DNA from: Candidatus Poseidoniaceae archaeon
Lineage (GTDB): Archaea > Thermoplasmatota > Poseidoniia > Poseidoniales > Poseidoniaceae
DNA length: 64,000 bases
Assembly: GCA_965662895.1 (NCBI GenBank)
Contig: CBFIJH010000001.1
Coordinates: forward strand, 157,994 to 221,993
Reading direction: 5' to 3'
This document shows positions 29,131-36,781 of this stretch, piece after piece. The notes under the pieces are model-generated. The model was not told the origin of the DNA. It worked only from the letters and a program-made list of their open reading frames with translations, and did not search any database. The translations under genes and the position numbers were made by a program. Numbering within the stretch: position 1 is the first letter of the stretch; every line of letters starts with the position of its first letter.

Positions 29131-29946
29131 TCAGGGTAAAATCGTCGTACCTCTCCACGGTTCACCACGAAGAAGTGCAAGGAGACGCTCAGGCTTCTCT
29201 CCATTGAAAAGATGAACACCGATTCCGGATTTGGCAACCAAATGCCCACGTGCCATTTTCAATCCAATTCCTCCAGTCACATCAATATCGGTTTGATGGA
29301 GTCCTTCGTACTCAATATTAGGCGACCATTCACGAATCAAATCATTCTCAGTTGCAACATGTGGTGGCACGCGTAGCAAACCATCAACCCCTCCCATTGC
29401 AAAAAGAAGGGATTCAATATTCCTCAATTCCAGTGACAGTCTCACAACGATATCATCTCCTGAAAGGATTCCAAACTTTCGTTCATCATCAACATCAACG
29501 ACATCGCCGAATGTAATGTGAACCGTCTTCGGATCTGTCTCAGAAAATCTCGTGAGTGAACCAGAGAATTCTGGTCCAAGATTGCGGGCCCAACGATGTG
29601 GTGGATGAGAGCAAACCTTCAATTTGAATCGTTCCAGTTCAGAGGCAACAATTTTGTTCAAATTCAGCATATCACCCCGAACGCTCTCAACTGCCTCAAA
29701 TTGCGATTGACAGAAATCATCACTCAGTTCGAGGTCGGGAAGGTAACCTTCATTCAGACGCCATCGTTTTGCTTTCAAATGACCAAAAGAACCCGCTCCA
29801 TGTACAAGGATGACTTGTATGCCGTCGTTCGTAATCGAGTGGACTGCTTCGCATAAGTCTCGAATGATTTCAAGATGTGCTACACATTCTTCGTCCTTTT
29901 TTGTGATGAGGGCACCTCCAAATTTAATGACGATGCGTCTCACCAT
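29131..29946 (-). CDS. ipk: Isopentenyl phosphate kinase.
   Basis: Amino-acid-kinase fold with IKFGGALITKK and the IPK His motif LVHGAGSFGH. Start moved to the internal ATG at 29946 (MVRRIVIKFGG). Confidence 0.8.
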   Translation of the reverse strand: MVRRIVIKFGGALITKKDEECVAHLEIIRDLCEAVHSITNDGIQVILVHGAGSFGHLKAKRWRLNEGYLPDLELSDDFCQSQFEAVESVRGDMLNLNKIVASELERFKLKVCSHPPHRWARNLGPEFSGSLTRFSETDPKTVHITFGDVVDVDDERKFGILSGDDIVVRLSLELRNIESLLFAMGGVDGLLRVPPHVATENDLIREWSPNIEYEGLHQTDIDVTGGIGLKMARGHLVAKSGIGVHLFNGEKPERLLALLRGEPWRGTTILP

Positions 29947-30024
29947 GGGATGGGCACGAATCTGACCTTCATGAGTATGCCTACAAAACACAGGATTCAA
30001 TAGTCTGCGTGGTTTGACAGCACT

Positions 30025-30366
30025 ATGACCGATGAGGGCCCAAGTCTCGATTCCTTCCTTCGCCACCTTCAGACAGAGGTCGAAGCGGCAAATGAGATTA
30101 CAGACAAAGCGGAGCGAAACAATCGATTGTTGCAACTCGAGTCATCCATTCAAGAAGCCATCATTTTTGCGAATCGATACAAGGAACTCAAAAATCAAGG
30201 TGTTGATCCGCTTCTTCTTGTCGACCCTAAAATACAGCAGGAACGTCCAGCTCCGCCAGCAACAAAAGGCCAATCAATCCTCTTGGGATCATCAACATGC
30301 GAAGCATGTGGCAAACTGCTTGAAAACGACTTGGACTTCTGTCCAGCCTGCGGTGCAACGAAGTAA
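30025..30366 (+). CDS. Small protein with a C-terminal zinc ribbon.
   Basis: The CEACGKLLENDLDFCPACG zinc ribbon at the C-terminus; 113 aa. Confidence 0.4.
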   Translation: MTDEGPSLDSFLRHLQTEVEAANEITDKAERNNRLLQLESSIQEAIIFANRYKELKNQGVDPLLLVDPKIQQERPAPPATKGQSILLGSSTCEACGKLLENDLDFCPACGATK

Positions 30367-31074
30367 TTACTCTTCTTCTTCGCGTTCCCAACGTGCAACC
30401 GTATCAACAATCATCGGATCGTCTTCACCAACCCGATAGAGGTATTCAGGAGGGACCTCATCGGTGAGAAATACAGTCTTTCCAGCCCGATAGATCGTGT
30501 GCCCATCCGCTACAGCACGAACCGTGTCGACCTCGATGATTGCAGGTCGATCGATACGGACATGACCTGCTTCAAGTGCATTCACGATGGTCTTGGAAAG
30601 GTGGATATGGTTTCGAGTTCCTGAAGTGATGCCAAATTGAACGATGGCTTCTGCTTCTTCTGGTTCACATGGCCAGTACAATGCTTCTGGAATTTCATCG
30701 GTAGGTAGGTCGAGCTCAATTTCAATGGAATGGCCGTATGTGGCTCGAATCATCTCACCCTCGACTTGGTATCGTCCTTTCTCATCAGCATTGGCAATTG
30801 CTTCAAAGTGCCAACCTCGCAACCAGTGATAGTGACGACGCTGTCCGGAAATTGAATCCGCAAGTTCTCGGGTACTCACCCATCCATTGATGTCCATTTC
30901 TACATTAAATTTCTCAGGTGCGTGTCGAAGGACAAGCGCTAGCATCCGGCCGAGACTGCCCGCCTCTCGGTCACTCATGATGAATTTCCCTTCTTCATTG
31001 CATACAGGACAGTTCGTGCCACTGAAGTGACCGTGCTTTCTACATTGGCGCAGCATGAACGAGGCTATCGCCAC
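30367..31074 (-). CDS. RNA 2'-phosphotransferase Tpt1/KptA-like with an N-terminal zinc-ribbon extension.
   Basis: SLGRMLALVLRHAPEKFNVEMDINGWV matches the KptA LRH..PE...D..GW motif, and ATYGHSIE is also present. The N-terminal extension reads CRKHGHFSGTNCPVC. Confidence 0.6.
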   Translation of the reverse strand: MAIASFMLRQCRKHGHFSGTNCPVCNEEGKFIMSDREAGSLGRMLALVLRHAPEKFNVEMDINGWVSTRELADSISGQRRHYHWLRGWHFEAIANADEKGRYQVEGEMIRATYGHSIEIELDLPTDEIPEALYWPCEPEEAEAIVQFGITSGTRNHIHLSKTIVNALEAGHVRIDRPAIIEVDTVRAVADGHTIYRAGKTVFLTDEVPPEYLYRVGEDDPMIVDTVARWEREEEE

Positions 31075-31139
31075 CCATTCATGAACCCTGCGGGTGAACG
31101 AACCGACTCAATCAAATGCTTGTTTCGTTTGGAAGCGAC

Positions 31140-32309
31140 ATGGTCGATGTTGCAATGGTCGGTGCTAGCCAAACAAAATTTGGCAACCATCCTCTTGGAC
31201 TCAAAGGGATGTGGTCTGAAGCAATGGAAAAAGCGATGCAAAGTGTTGATTTCGACTTTCATCCAACTCAAGTTGATGAAGCCTTCATTGGAAGCATCGC
31301 GTTTGGAGGATCACAATTAGGCAACACTGCCGCCCTTCTCACTGAGCATTCAGGAATGGAAGGCGTGAGCGTTCGGCGCGTTGAAAATGCATGTGCATCA
31401 TCAGGCTTTGCTCTCCGAGATGCATGGATGGCTATCAAAAGCGGACAAGCAGATGTTGTTGTGGCTGGTGGAATCGAGAAAATGAACGATTTATCAGCAT
31501 CAAGAAAACGGTATTGGCTCGGCGTTTCTGGCGACACTGAATGGGAACGCCTCGCAGGTCTAACATTTCCTGGAACCTATGCACTCACAGCACGACGCTA
31601 TTTTCATGAATTTGATTCCACACACGATGACTTGGTTCACGTTTCGGTCAAAAACCACATGCATGGGTTCGACAATGAAGTCGCTCACCTACGGAAACAG
31701 GTGTCATTCGAAAAGGCAAATTCCGGATTTATGGTCGCAGATCCTCTCACGCTCTACGATTGTTGTCCAACATCCGATGGTGCATCTGCCGTGATTTTGG
31801 TGGCAGATCATCTCGCTCACAACTTCACGGATACACCTGTCTGGGTCAAAGGCTCTGGCGCTGGTTCGGATCACCTCGCTTTGCATGATCGCCCAAGTAT
31901 CACAGAACTCCGGGCGACGCAGGCCGCTGCATCCAAGGCATACAAAACCGCAGGTGTCAATGCATCTGACATCGATTTGGCAGAAGTGCATGATTGTTTT
32001 ACCATCGCTGAAGTCCTCGCCACTGAAGATCTTGGCTTTGCATCTCGTGGGCAAGGTGGACGATTTGCTCGTGACGGAGAAGGACGGAGAAACGAAGGTC
32101 GTGTTGCCATTAATGCCAGCGGAGGTCTCAAGTCAAAAGGACACCCGCTTGGTGCAACAGGCACGGGTCAAGCTGTTGAAATCTTCAAACAACTGAGGCA
32201 TGAGGTTGAACCAAATCGCCAAATCAGAGATGCTGAGTTGGGTCTGACACACAACGTCGGTGGTTCGGGTGCAACCTGTGCGGTGCACATTTTTGGGAGG
32301 GAGCGCTGA
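31140..32309 (+). CDS. Archaeal thiolase (acetyl-CoA C-acetyltransferase, SCP-x type).
   Basis: MVDVAMVGASQTKFG, an active-site Cys region (ACASSG) and a C-terminal GHPLGATG motif. Start moved to 31140. Confidence 0.8.
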   Translation: MVDVAMVGASQTKFGNHPLGLKGMWSEAMEKAMQSVDFDFHPTQVDEAFIGSIAFGGSQLGNTAALLTEHSGMEGVSVRRVENACASSGFALRDAWMAIKSGQADVVVAGGIEKMNDLSASRKRYWLGVSGDTEWERLAGLTFPGTYALTARRYFHEFDSTHDDLVHVSVKNHMHGFDNEVAHLRKQVSFEKANSGFMVADPLTLYDCCPTSDGASAVILVADHLAHNFTDTPVWVKGSGAGSDHLALHDRPSITELRATQAAASKAYKTAGVNASDIDLAEVHDCFTIAEVLATEDLGFASRGQGGRFARDGEGRRNEGRVAINASGGLKSKGHPLGATGTGQAVEIFKQLRHEVEPNRQIRDAELGLTHNVGGSGATCAVHIFGRER

Positions 32310-33112
32310 TGACAATTCAACACATTTCCAATGCCGACGGTGACTTTGCATGCAGCATGTACGGACCAGAATGGGCGGGACCGGATGGGGACAGGCTCAC
32401 CTTGGCTCTCGCACTGCTGAAGCATTTAGGTTCAGGAAAGGTCCAATTGCATTCCTTCGAAAATCACCTTGTGTTCCAGCCAAGCGTTGGCATTTCAGAA
32501 ATTATAGAGTCAGCAACAGATTGGAACATTGCTGAGGATTCTGGCATGTATCTCCACGCCCATGCTGATTTGTTTCTCGTGGCGATGAGTACATCGAGCG
32601 AGGAACCGGTTTGGCCTCAATTTGATTCGATTGAATATTCGAAAGAATTGAAAAATGAGTTGGAAGTTCAATGGAAAAAAGAAATTTCTGGAGTGAGTCA
32701 GGGCGCATATGTATCACAGTCACAACACATGATTTCAACACCTTCACGACTCGGACTATTGGCTCAGCGGCATCAAGAACACCTCGTTTGGCCACCTCGC
32801 CAACTCAATGAAGATGGAGAACGTATTGAAACTGCAACGACGAAGTTGTCCGAGTCAGCTACAATCTTGACTTGGACGCGACTGAGTCCCGCTGGAGCAC
32901 CTTCTGAGTTCTCTGAACGAGCACCAATTCTGGATGGTGTTGCAACCGTTTTGGTCGCTTTTGATCAAGGACCGAAAGGGGTTTTTATGTTAGCAGACGA
33001 TGAAAAAGGGACACCGAGCATCGGATCTCGAGTATGTTTCGAAATCCGTCGATTGTATGGACAGGATGAAATGATTCATTATGGCTTGAAAGCGCGACTC
33101 TTAAATTCCTAA
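32309..33112 (+). CDS. DUF35-like OB-fold protein with a long N-terminal extension (thiolase partner).
   Basis: Start overlaps the thiolase stop (TGATG). The C-terminal ATILTWTRLSPAGAPSEF...GVATVLVAFDQGPKGVFMLADDEKGTPSIGSRVCFEIRR resembles the DUF35 OB fold. Confidence 0.5.
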   Translation: MTIQHISNADGDFACSMYGPEWAGPDGDRLTLALALLKHLGSGKVQLHSFENHLVFQPSVGISEIIESATDWNIAEDSGMYLHAHADLFLVAMSTSSEEPVWPQFDSIEYSKELKNELEVQWKKEISGVSQGAYVSQSQHMISTPSRLGLLAQRHQEHLVWPPRQLNEDGERIETATTKLSESATILTWTRLSPAGAPSEFSERAPILDGVATVLVAFDQGPKGVFMLADDEKGTPSIGSRVCFEIRRLYGQDEMIHYGLKARLLNS

Positions 33113-33159
33113 ACGAGAGGATAGAAGCCTTCATAGAAAGTCTGAGGAGTGGGTGGCGT

Positions 33160-34176
33160 ATGGCTGGTTTTGGGGGTATCCGGAAAGGAAAAAAAGAAGC
33201 GGCAGATAATCTGAGCATCCAAGAAGATGGAGATTGTGCTCGCTGTGGAGGAGAAAGCCAACCATCAACGATGGAAGGCTATCTCGCCTGTACCCGCTGT
33301 TCATACGAGTGGGCAGATCCAAATCATGTGTCAAAGAAGGTGCGTGGACCGCCTCCGAATCACCGTCGCGATTCTGAATTAATCAATGAATTCAAGGCTG
33401 AAATGGAACGCGGCGACCTCAAAGGTGTACTCGGCGTCGATTCCAATCTCTCTGCTGAGCAAGAACAATCTCTGAAACGTCTCGAAGACAAATGGATGAG
33501 CGGCATGCAGGGTCATTACAATGCTGCATCTGAAGATCGGAAACCTCTGATGATTAGTTTTGATGATGATGACAATCTTGTTTCGACCGAGGTTGCTGCT
33601 TTGACAATCGTTTCAAATGGATTCGATGGAGGTGAAGAAATTCGACTCGAGTATCCTGGAATTGGAACCGAATTTTATGCCTACAACGAGCGGAGCCCCA
33701 CAGGTTGGAAACGTGGACGAAGCAGTGAAGAAACCGCCCGCTCGATCACCAACGTGATCAACAGATCCTCTCGGTTGGTCTATGCCAATCTTGAGGGAAG
33801 TCGAATTTCCTTTGAGTTACGCGACGACAAACTCAAACCCGAGTCGCTTGTACTGTTCGTTGACGACCCAGGCGGTCAGGACATCGTCGCAGAAAAAGGA
33901 GGAGTCATCCTCGATTTCCGCGACGTCAACGTCCTTGATGATTACAGGAATGTAATCGCTCTTGTTCTTGAAGATGGCATCATCTCTCCAAGCGAGGATC
34001 AAATGATGTGGGTTATGCGTCAGCAATTAGGAATTACGGAAGAACAACACGTTACGTTGGTGCAAGAAATCTTTGGGGCAAACGCTCTCAAAGAATGTCC
34101 AAATTGCAACAAGATGGCAGAATTGTATCCAGAATACTCTGCATGGTACTGTCAGCCTTGCGAAAGTTGGCTTTGA
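33160..34176 (+). CDS. Acidic protein with N- and C-terminal zinc ribbons; first gene of the actin-like module.
   Basis: N-terminal CARCGG...CTRCSYEW and C-terminal CPNCNKMAELYPEYSAWYCQPCESW ribbons, with an acidic middle region. 338 aa. Confidence 0.5.
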   Translation: MAGFGGIRKGKKEAADNLSIQEDGDCARCGGESQPSTMEGYLACTRCSYEWADPNHVSKKVRGPPPNHRRDSELINEFKAEMERGDLKGVLGVDSNLSAEQEQSLKRLEDKWMSGMQGHYNAASEDRKPLMISFDDDDNLVSTEVAALTIVSNGFDGGEEIRLEYPGIGTEFYAYNERSPTGWKRGRSSEETARSITNVINRSSRLVYANLEGSRISFELRDDKLKPESLVLFVDDPGGQDIVAEKGGVILDFRDVNVLDDYRNVIALVLEDGIISPSEDQMMWVMRQQLGITEEQHVTLVQEIFGANALKECPNCNKMAELYPEYSAWYCQPCESWL

Positions 34177-34245
34177 TTCTTGTTCTATAGAATATTTCGG
34201 ACTATTGTTTTCCGATGAATTTGGCGAACTTTAGCGAGGGATGCT

Positions 34246-34253
34246 TCATAAAG
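34246..34253 (+). promoter_or_regulatory. TATA-like box TCATAAAG ending 32 nt upstream of the actin-like gene ATG.
   Basis: Same octamer and same spacing as upstream of psmA (13439-13446). Confidence 0.3.
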
Positions 34254-34284
34254 TGGACGGTATTCCCATAAATTGGCGAACGCT

Positions 34285-35310
34285 ATGGCAGAAGACGTAT
34301 TGTATATTGGAATTGATTTGGGAACCTTTCGTTCAGTCATGGTCTCCTCTGGTAACCACGAAGTAGAGGAACTCACAGTAATTGGAACACCAAAAGATCA
34401 GATCGCACGCAATTTCCTGAAGAGAGATGTTCTTTTTGGAGAAGAGGCATTGAAAAACCGACTTGCGTTGAATCTCTTCCGACCATTGGAACTCGGTGTC
34501 ATCAAAGACACACCAGAGGACCGTCAATTCATTGCCCACTTCATCACCCACTTGATTGGACTCTCTGACCCTGAAGAGCACGATCGAGTGGTTGCAGTCA
34601 TTGGTGCGCCAGCTGAAGCAAGTCACGTTGACAAAACGGCGATTTTTGATGCCGCTGCCGGCAGTGTCAACGCAGCCATGATTATTTCTGAGCCATTCGC
34701 TGTCGCCTACGCACTCGACATGATTGAGCACACGCTTGTCATCGATATCGGTGCTGGAACAACAGACCTTTGCCGTGTCTACGGAACGATTCCAGGTCCA
34801 GGCGACCAAATGCACACTGGCTATGCTGGCGACTACGTCGACGCTCAAATCATCAAGGAGGTTCAATCAAAGTACAACGGTGCTCAGATTACAAAAGACA
34901 TGGCACGACGCTGGAAGGAACAGTATTCCTTTGTGTCCACATCAACTCCGGATGATCCAATCATGGTCGACTTCTCCATCGAAGGGAAGGCCATGAATCT
35001 CGACATCACGGATTGCATACAGAGGGCTTGCGAGTCCATTGTCGACCCCATTGTCGAAAATGTGAAGCAACTGATCGCTGACTCCAACCCTGAATATCAC
35101 GACCAATTCCGCCGAAATATGGTTCTTGCCGGTGGCGGATCTGGTATCCGTGGTCTCGGTGCACTCATCGAGCGCCGACTCTCCGACATGGGCGATGTCA
35201 GCGTTCACGTTGTTGATGACCCAGTTCGACTCGGTGCAATGGGTGGTCTCCGATTGGCTATGGAAGTTCCAGAAGACATGTGGAAGAACCTCACCCTCGC
35301 ATCGCGTTGA
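34285..35310 (+). CDS. Actin-fold ATPase of the MreB / Ta0583-like family (archaeal actin homolog).
   Basis: Phosphate-1 motif LYIGIDLGTFRSV, phosphate-2 motif LVIDIGAGTTDL and adenosine motif VLAGGGSGIRGLGALIE (compare MreB LTGGGALLRGL). About 340 aa. Start set at the ATG at 34285 rather than the upstream TTG. Confidence 0.75.
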   Translation: MAEDVLYIGIDLGTFRSVMVSSGNHEVEELTVIGTPKDQIARNFLKRDVLFGEEALKNRLALNLFRPLELGVIKDTPEDRQFIAHFITHLIGLSDPEEHDRVVAVIGAPAEASHVDKTAIFDAAAGSVNAAMIISEPFAVAYALDMIEHTLVIDIGAGTTDLCRVYGTIPGPGDQMHTGYAGDYVDAQIIKEVQSKYNGAQITKDMARRWKEQYSFVSTSTPDDPIMVDFSIEGKAMNLDITDCIQRACESIVDPIVENVKQLIADSNPEYHDQFRRNMVLAGGGSGIRGLGALIERRLSDMGDVSVHVVDDPVRLGAMGGLRLAMEVPEDMWKNLTLASR

Positions 35311-35319
35311 GTTGTTAGC

Positions 35320-36000
35320 ATGAACAAGGGACTTGCCATTACTGGTGGAGCCTTCTTGTTTGTTTCGCTGTTCGTCATCGTGGTCTCCTTCTTCAGCGTC
35401 CTCGATTATCGTCCAACAACTGAAAACATCCTTCATGATACGTCCAAAGATGGAACATCGTTCGAATACGATGGATCGAGCATTCCAATGGAAGTGTATG
35501 CAATAGGAAATCTAGTCAATTGTGACAATTTCAATCTGACCATCACGGGGTATATGGGCGATATCTTTCTCCAAGACTGTGTTTCTGGTACAGATTACCC
35601 AGGCTACACGTATCTCGGGGATATCGTGGATACTGCGGCTGCTGGCAATTACACGATTACTGCTGAGGAAAACATTGTCATCGTTGATGCAAGTGAGATT
35701 ATCGTACCCGCCTTTGGTATGTGCGGAGGAAGTGTTTGCTGCTTGCTTGGTCTTCTTCTCCTCCTTGTCAGCCTTGTCACTGGAAAGAAGACGCCTCAAG
35801 TCGTGCTTTACCAACAACCAGGTGCACAGATGTATCAACCGAACCAAACCACTGTACAGCAATACGTTCCTGCTGCTCCATCTGGCCAACAGCAACAGAT
35901 ACAACCTGTCATTCCCAGCCAACAGCCATCTCAAGGTTTCGTGCCGATCCATCAAACCGAGTTTGAAGGATTTTCCTTTGAACACAAAAAAGACGATTGA
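35320..36000 (+). CDS. Bitopic membrane protein: N-terminal TM helix, Cys-containing extracellular domain, second TM helix and a cytoplasmic Gln/Pro-rich tail.
   Basis: TM1 GGAFLFVSLFVIVVSFF, TM2 CCLLGLLLLLVSLV and the tail QQPGAQMYQPNQTTVQQYVPAAPSGQQQQIQPVIPSQQPSQ. It starts 10 nt after the actin-like gene. Confidence 0.5.
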   Translation: MNKGLAITGGAFLFVSLFVIVVSFFSVLDYRPTTENILHDTSKDGTSFEYDGSSIPMEVYAIGNLVNCDNFNLTITGYMGDIFLQDCVSGTDYPGYTYLGDIVDTAAAGNYTITAEENIVIVDASEIIVPAFGMCGGSVCCLLGLLLLLVSLVTGKKTPQVVLYQQPGAQMYQPNQTTVQQYVPAAPSGQQQQIQPVIPSQQPSQGFVPIHQTEFEGFSFEHKKDD

Positions 36001-36006
36001 GAAATC

Positions 36007-36714
36007 ATGATTACAAAAGAAAGCAACGTAGTAATCTTGACAGGTGCTGGCGTTAGCGCAGAATCGGGAATTCAAACGTTTCGGGCTTCGGATGGGCTTT
36101 GGGAAAACCACCGCATCGAAGAGGTAGCAACACCTGAGGGGTGGGAAGCCAACCCCAAACTTGTGTGGAATTTTTACCAACAACGGCGAAGACAATTGTT
36201 GGAAGTTGAGCCAAACCCTGGACACTTCGCTCTTGCTGATCTGGAAAATCATATCGAGCATTTTCTTCTTGTTACGCAAAATGTTGACAACTTGCATGAA
36301 CGTGCTGGGTCGAAGAATCTTATCCATATGCACGGTGAACTGGAAAAACTTCGATGCGAGCATTGTGGGCGAGTTGAAACAATGATGCAAGAGGACCATT
36401 TTGGGGATGAGCTTGTTGCGTGCAATGGGTGCGGAAATCATGTTCGGCCACACATCGTTTGGTTCAATGAAATGCCTTTTGAATTGGCAAGAATCTACGA
36501 GGCAATAGCAGAGTGTGACATCTTCATCGCAATCGGAACAAGCGGACACGTTTATCCTGCAAGTGGATTCTTACAAAGAGCGCGTCTTGCTGGAGCTCAC
36601 ACAATCGGGATCAACCTGGACCCTCCTGAAAACGTGTTTTTCTTTGATGAATTTATCCAAGGAAAAGCGGGTGAAATCTTGCCTATGCTCGTTAAAAAAT
36701 GGTTTGGCAATTAA
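36007..36714 (+). CDS. cobB: NAD-dependent protein deacylase, Sir2 family.
   Basis: GAGVSAESGIQTFR, VTQNVDNLHERAG and the Zn site CEHCG...CNGCG. Confidence 0.85.
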   Translation: MITKESNVVILTGAGVSAESGIQTFRASDGLWENHRIEEVATPEGWEANPKLVWNFYQQRRRQLLEVEPNPGHFALADLENHIEHFLLVTQNVDNLHERAGSKNLIHMHGELEKLRCEHCGRVETMMQEDHFGDELVACNGCGNHVRPHIVWFNEMPFELARIYEAIAECDIFIAIGTSGHVYPASGFLQRARLAGAHTIGINLDPPENVFFFDEFIQGKAGEILPMLVKKWFGN

Positions 36715-36781
36715 TTGTTGGTCAGCGATTGGAGTGTTGAGGTTGAGCAATGTTTTTTCTTCTCGGCTTACAGGTGAACCC

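Noticed and set aside
35512-36549. A 345-aa ORF on the minus strand.
   Set aside because: It lies antisense across the membrane-protein gene (35320-36000) and the sirtuin gene (36007-36714). It is Cys/Lys/Leu-rich and non-acidic, unlike every credible protein in the window, and it has no motifs. It is a shadow ORF.
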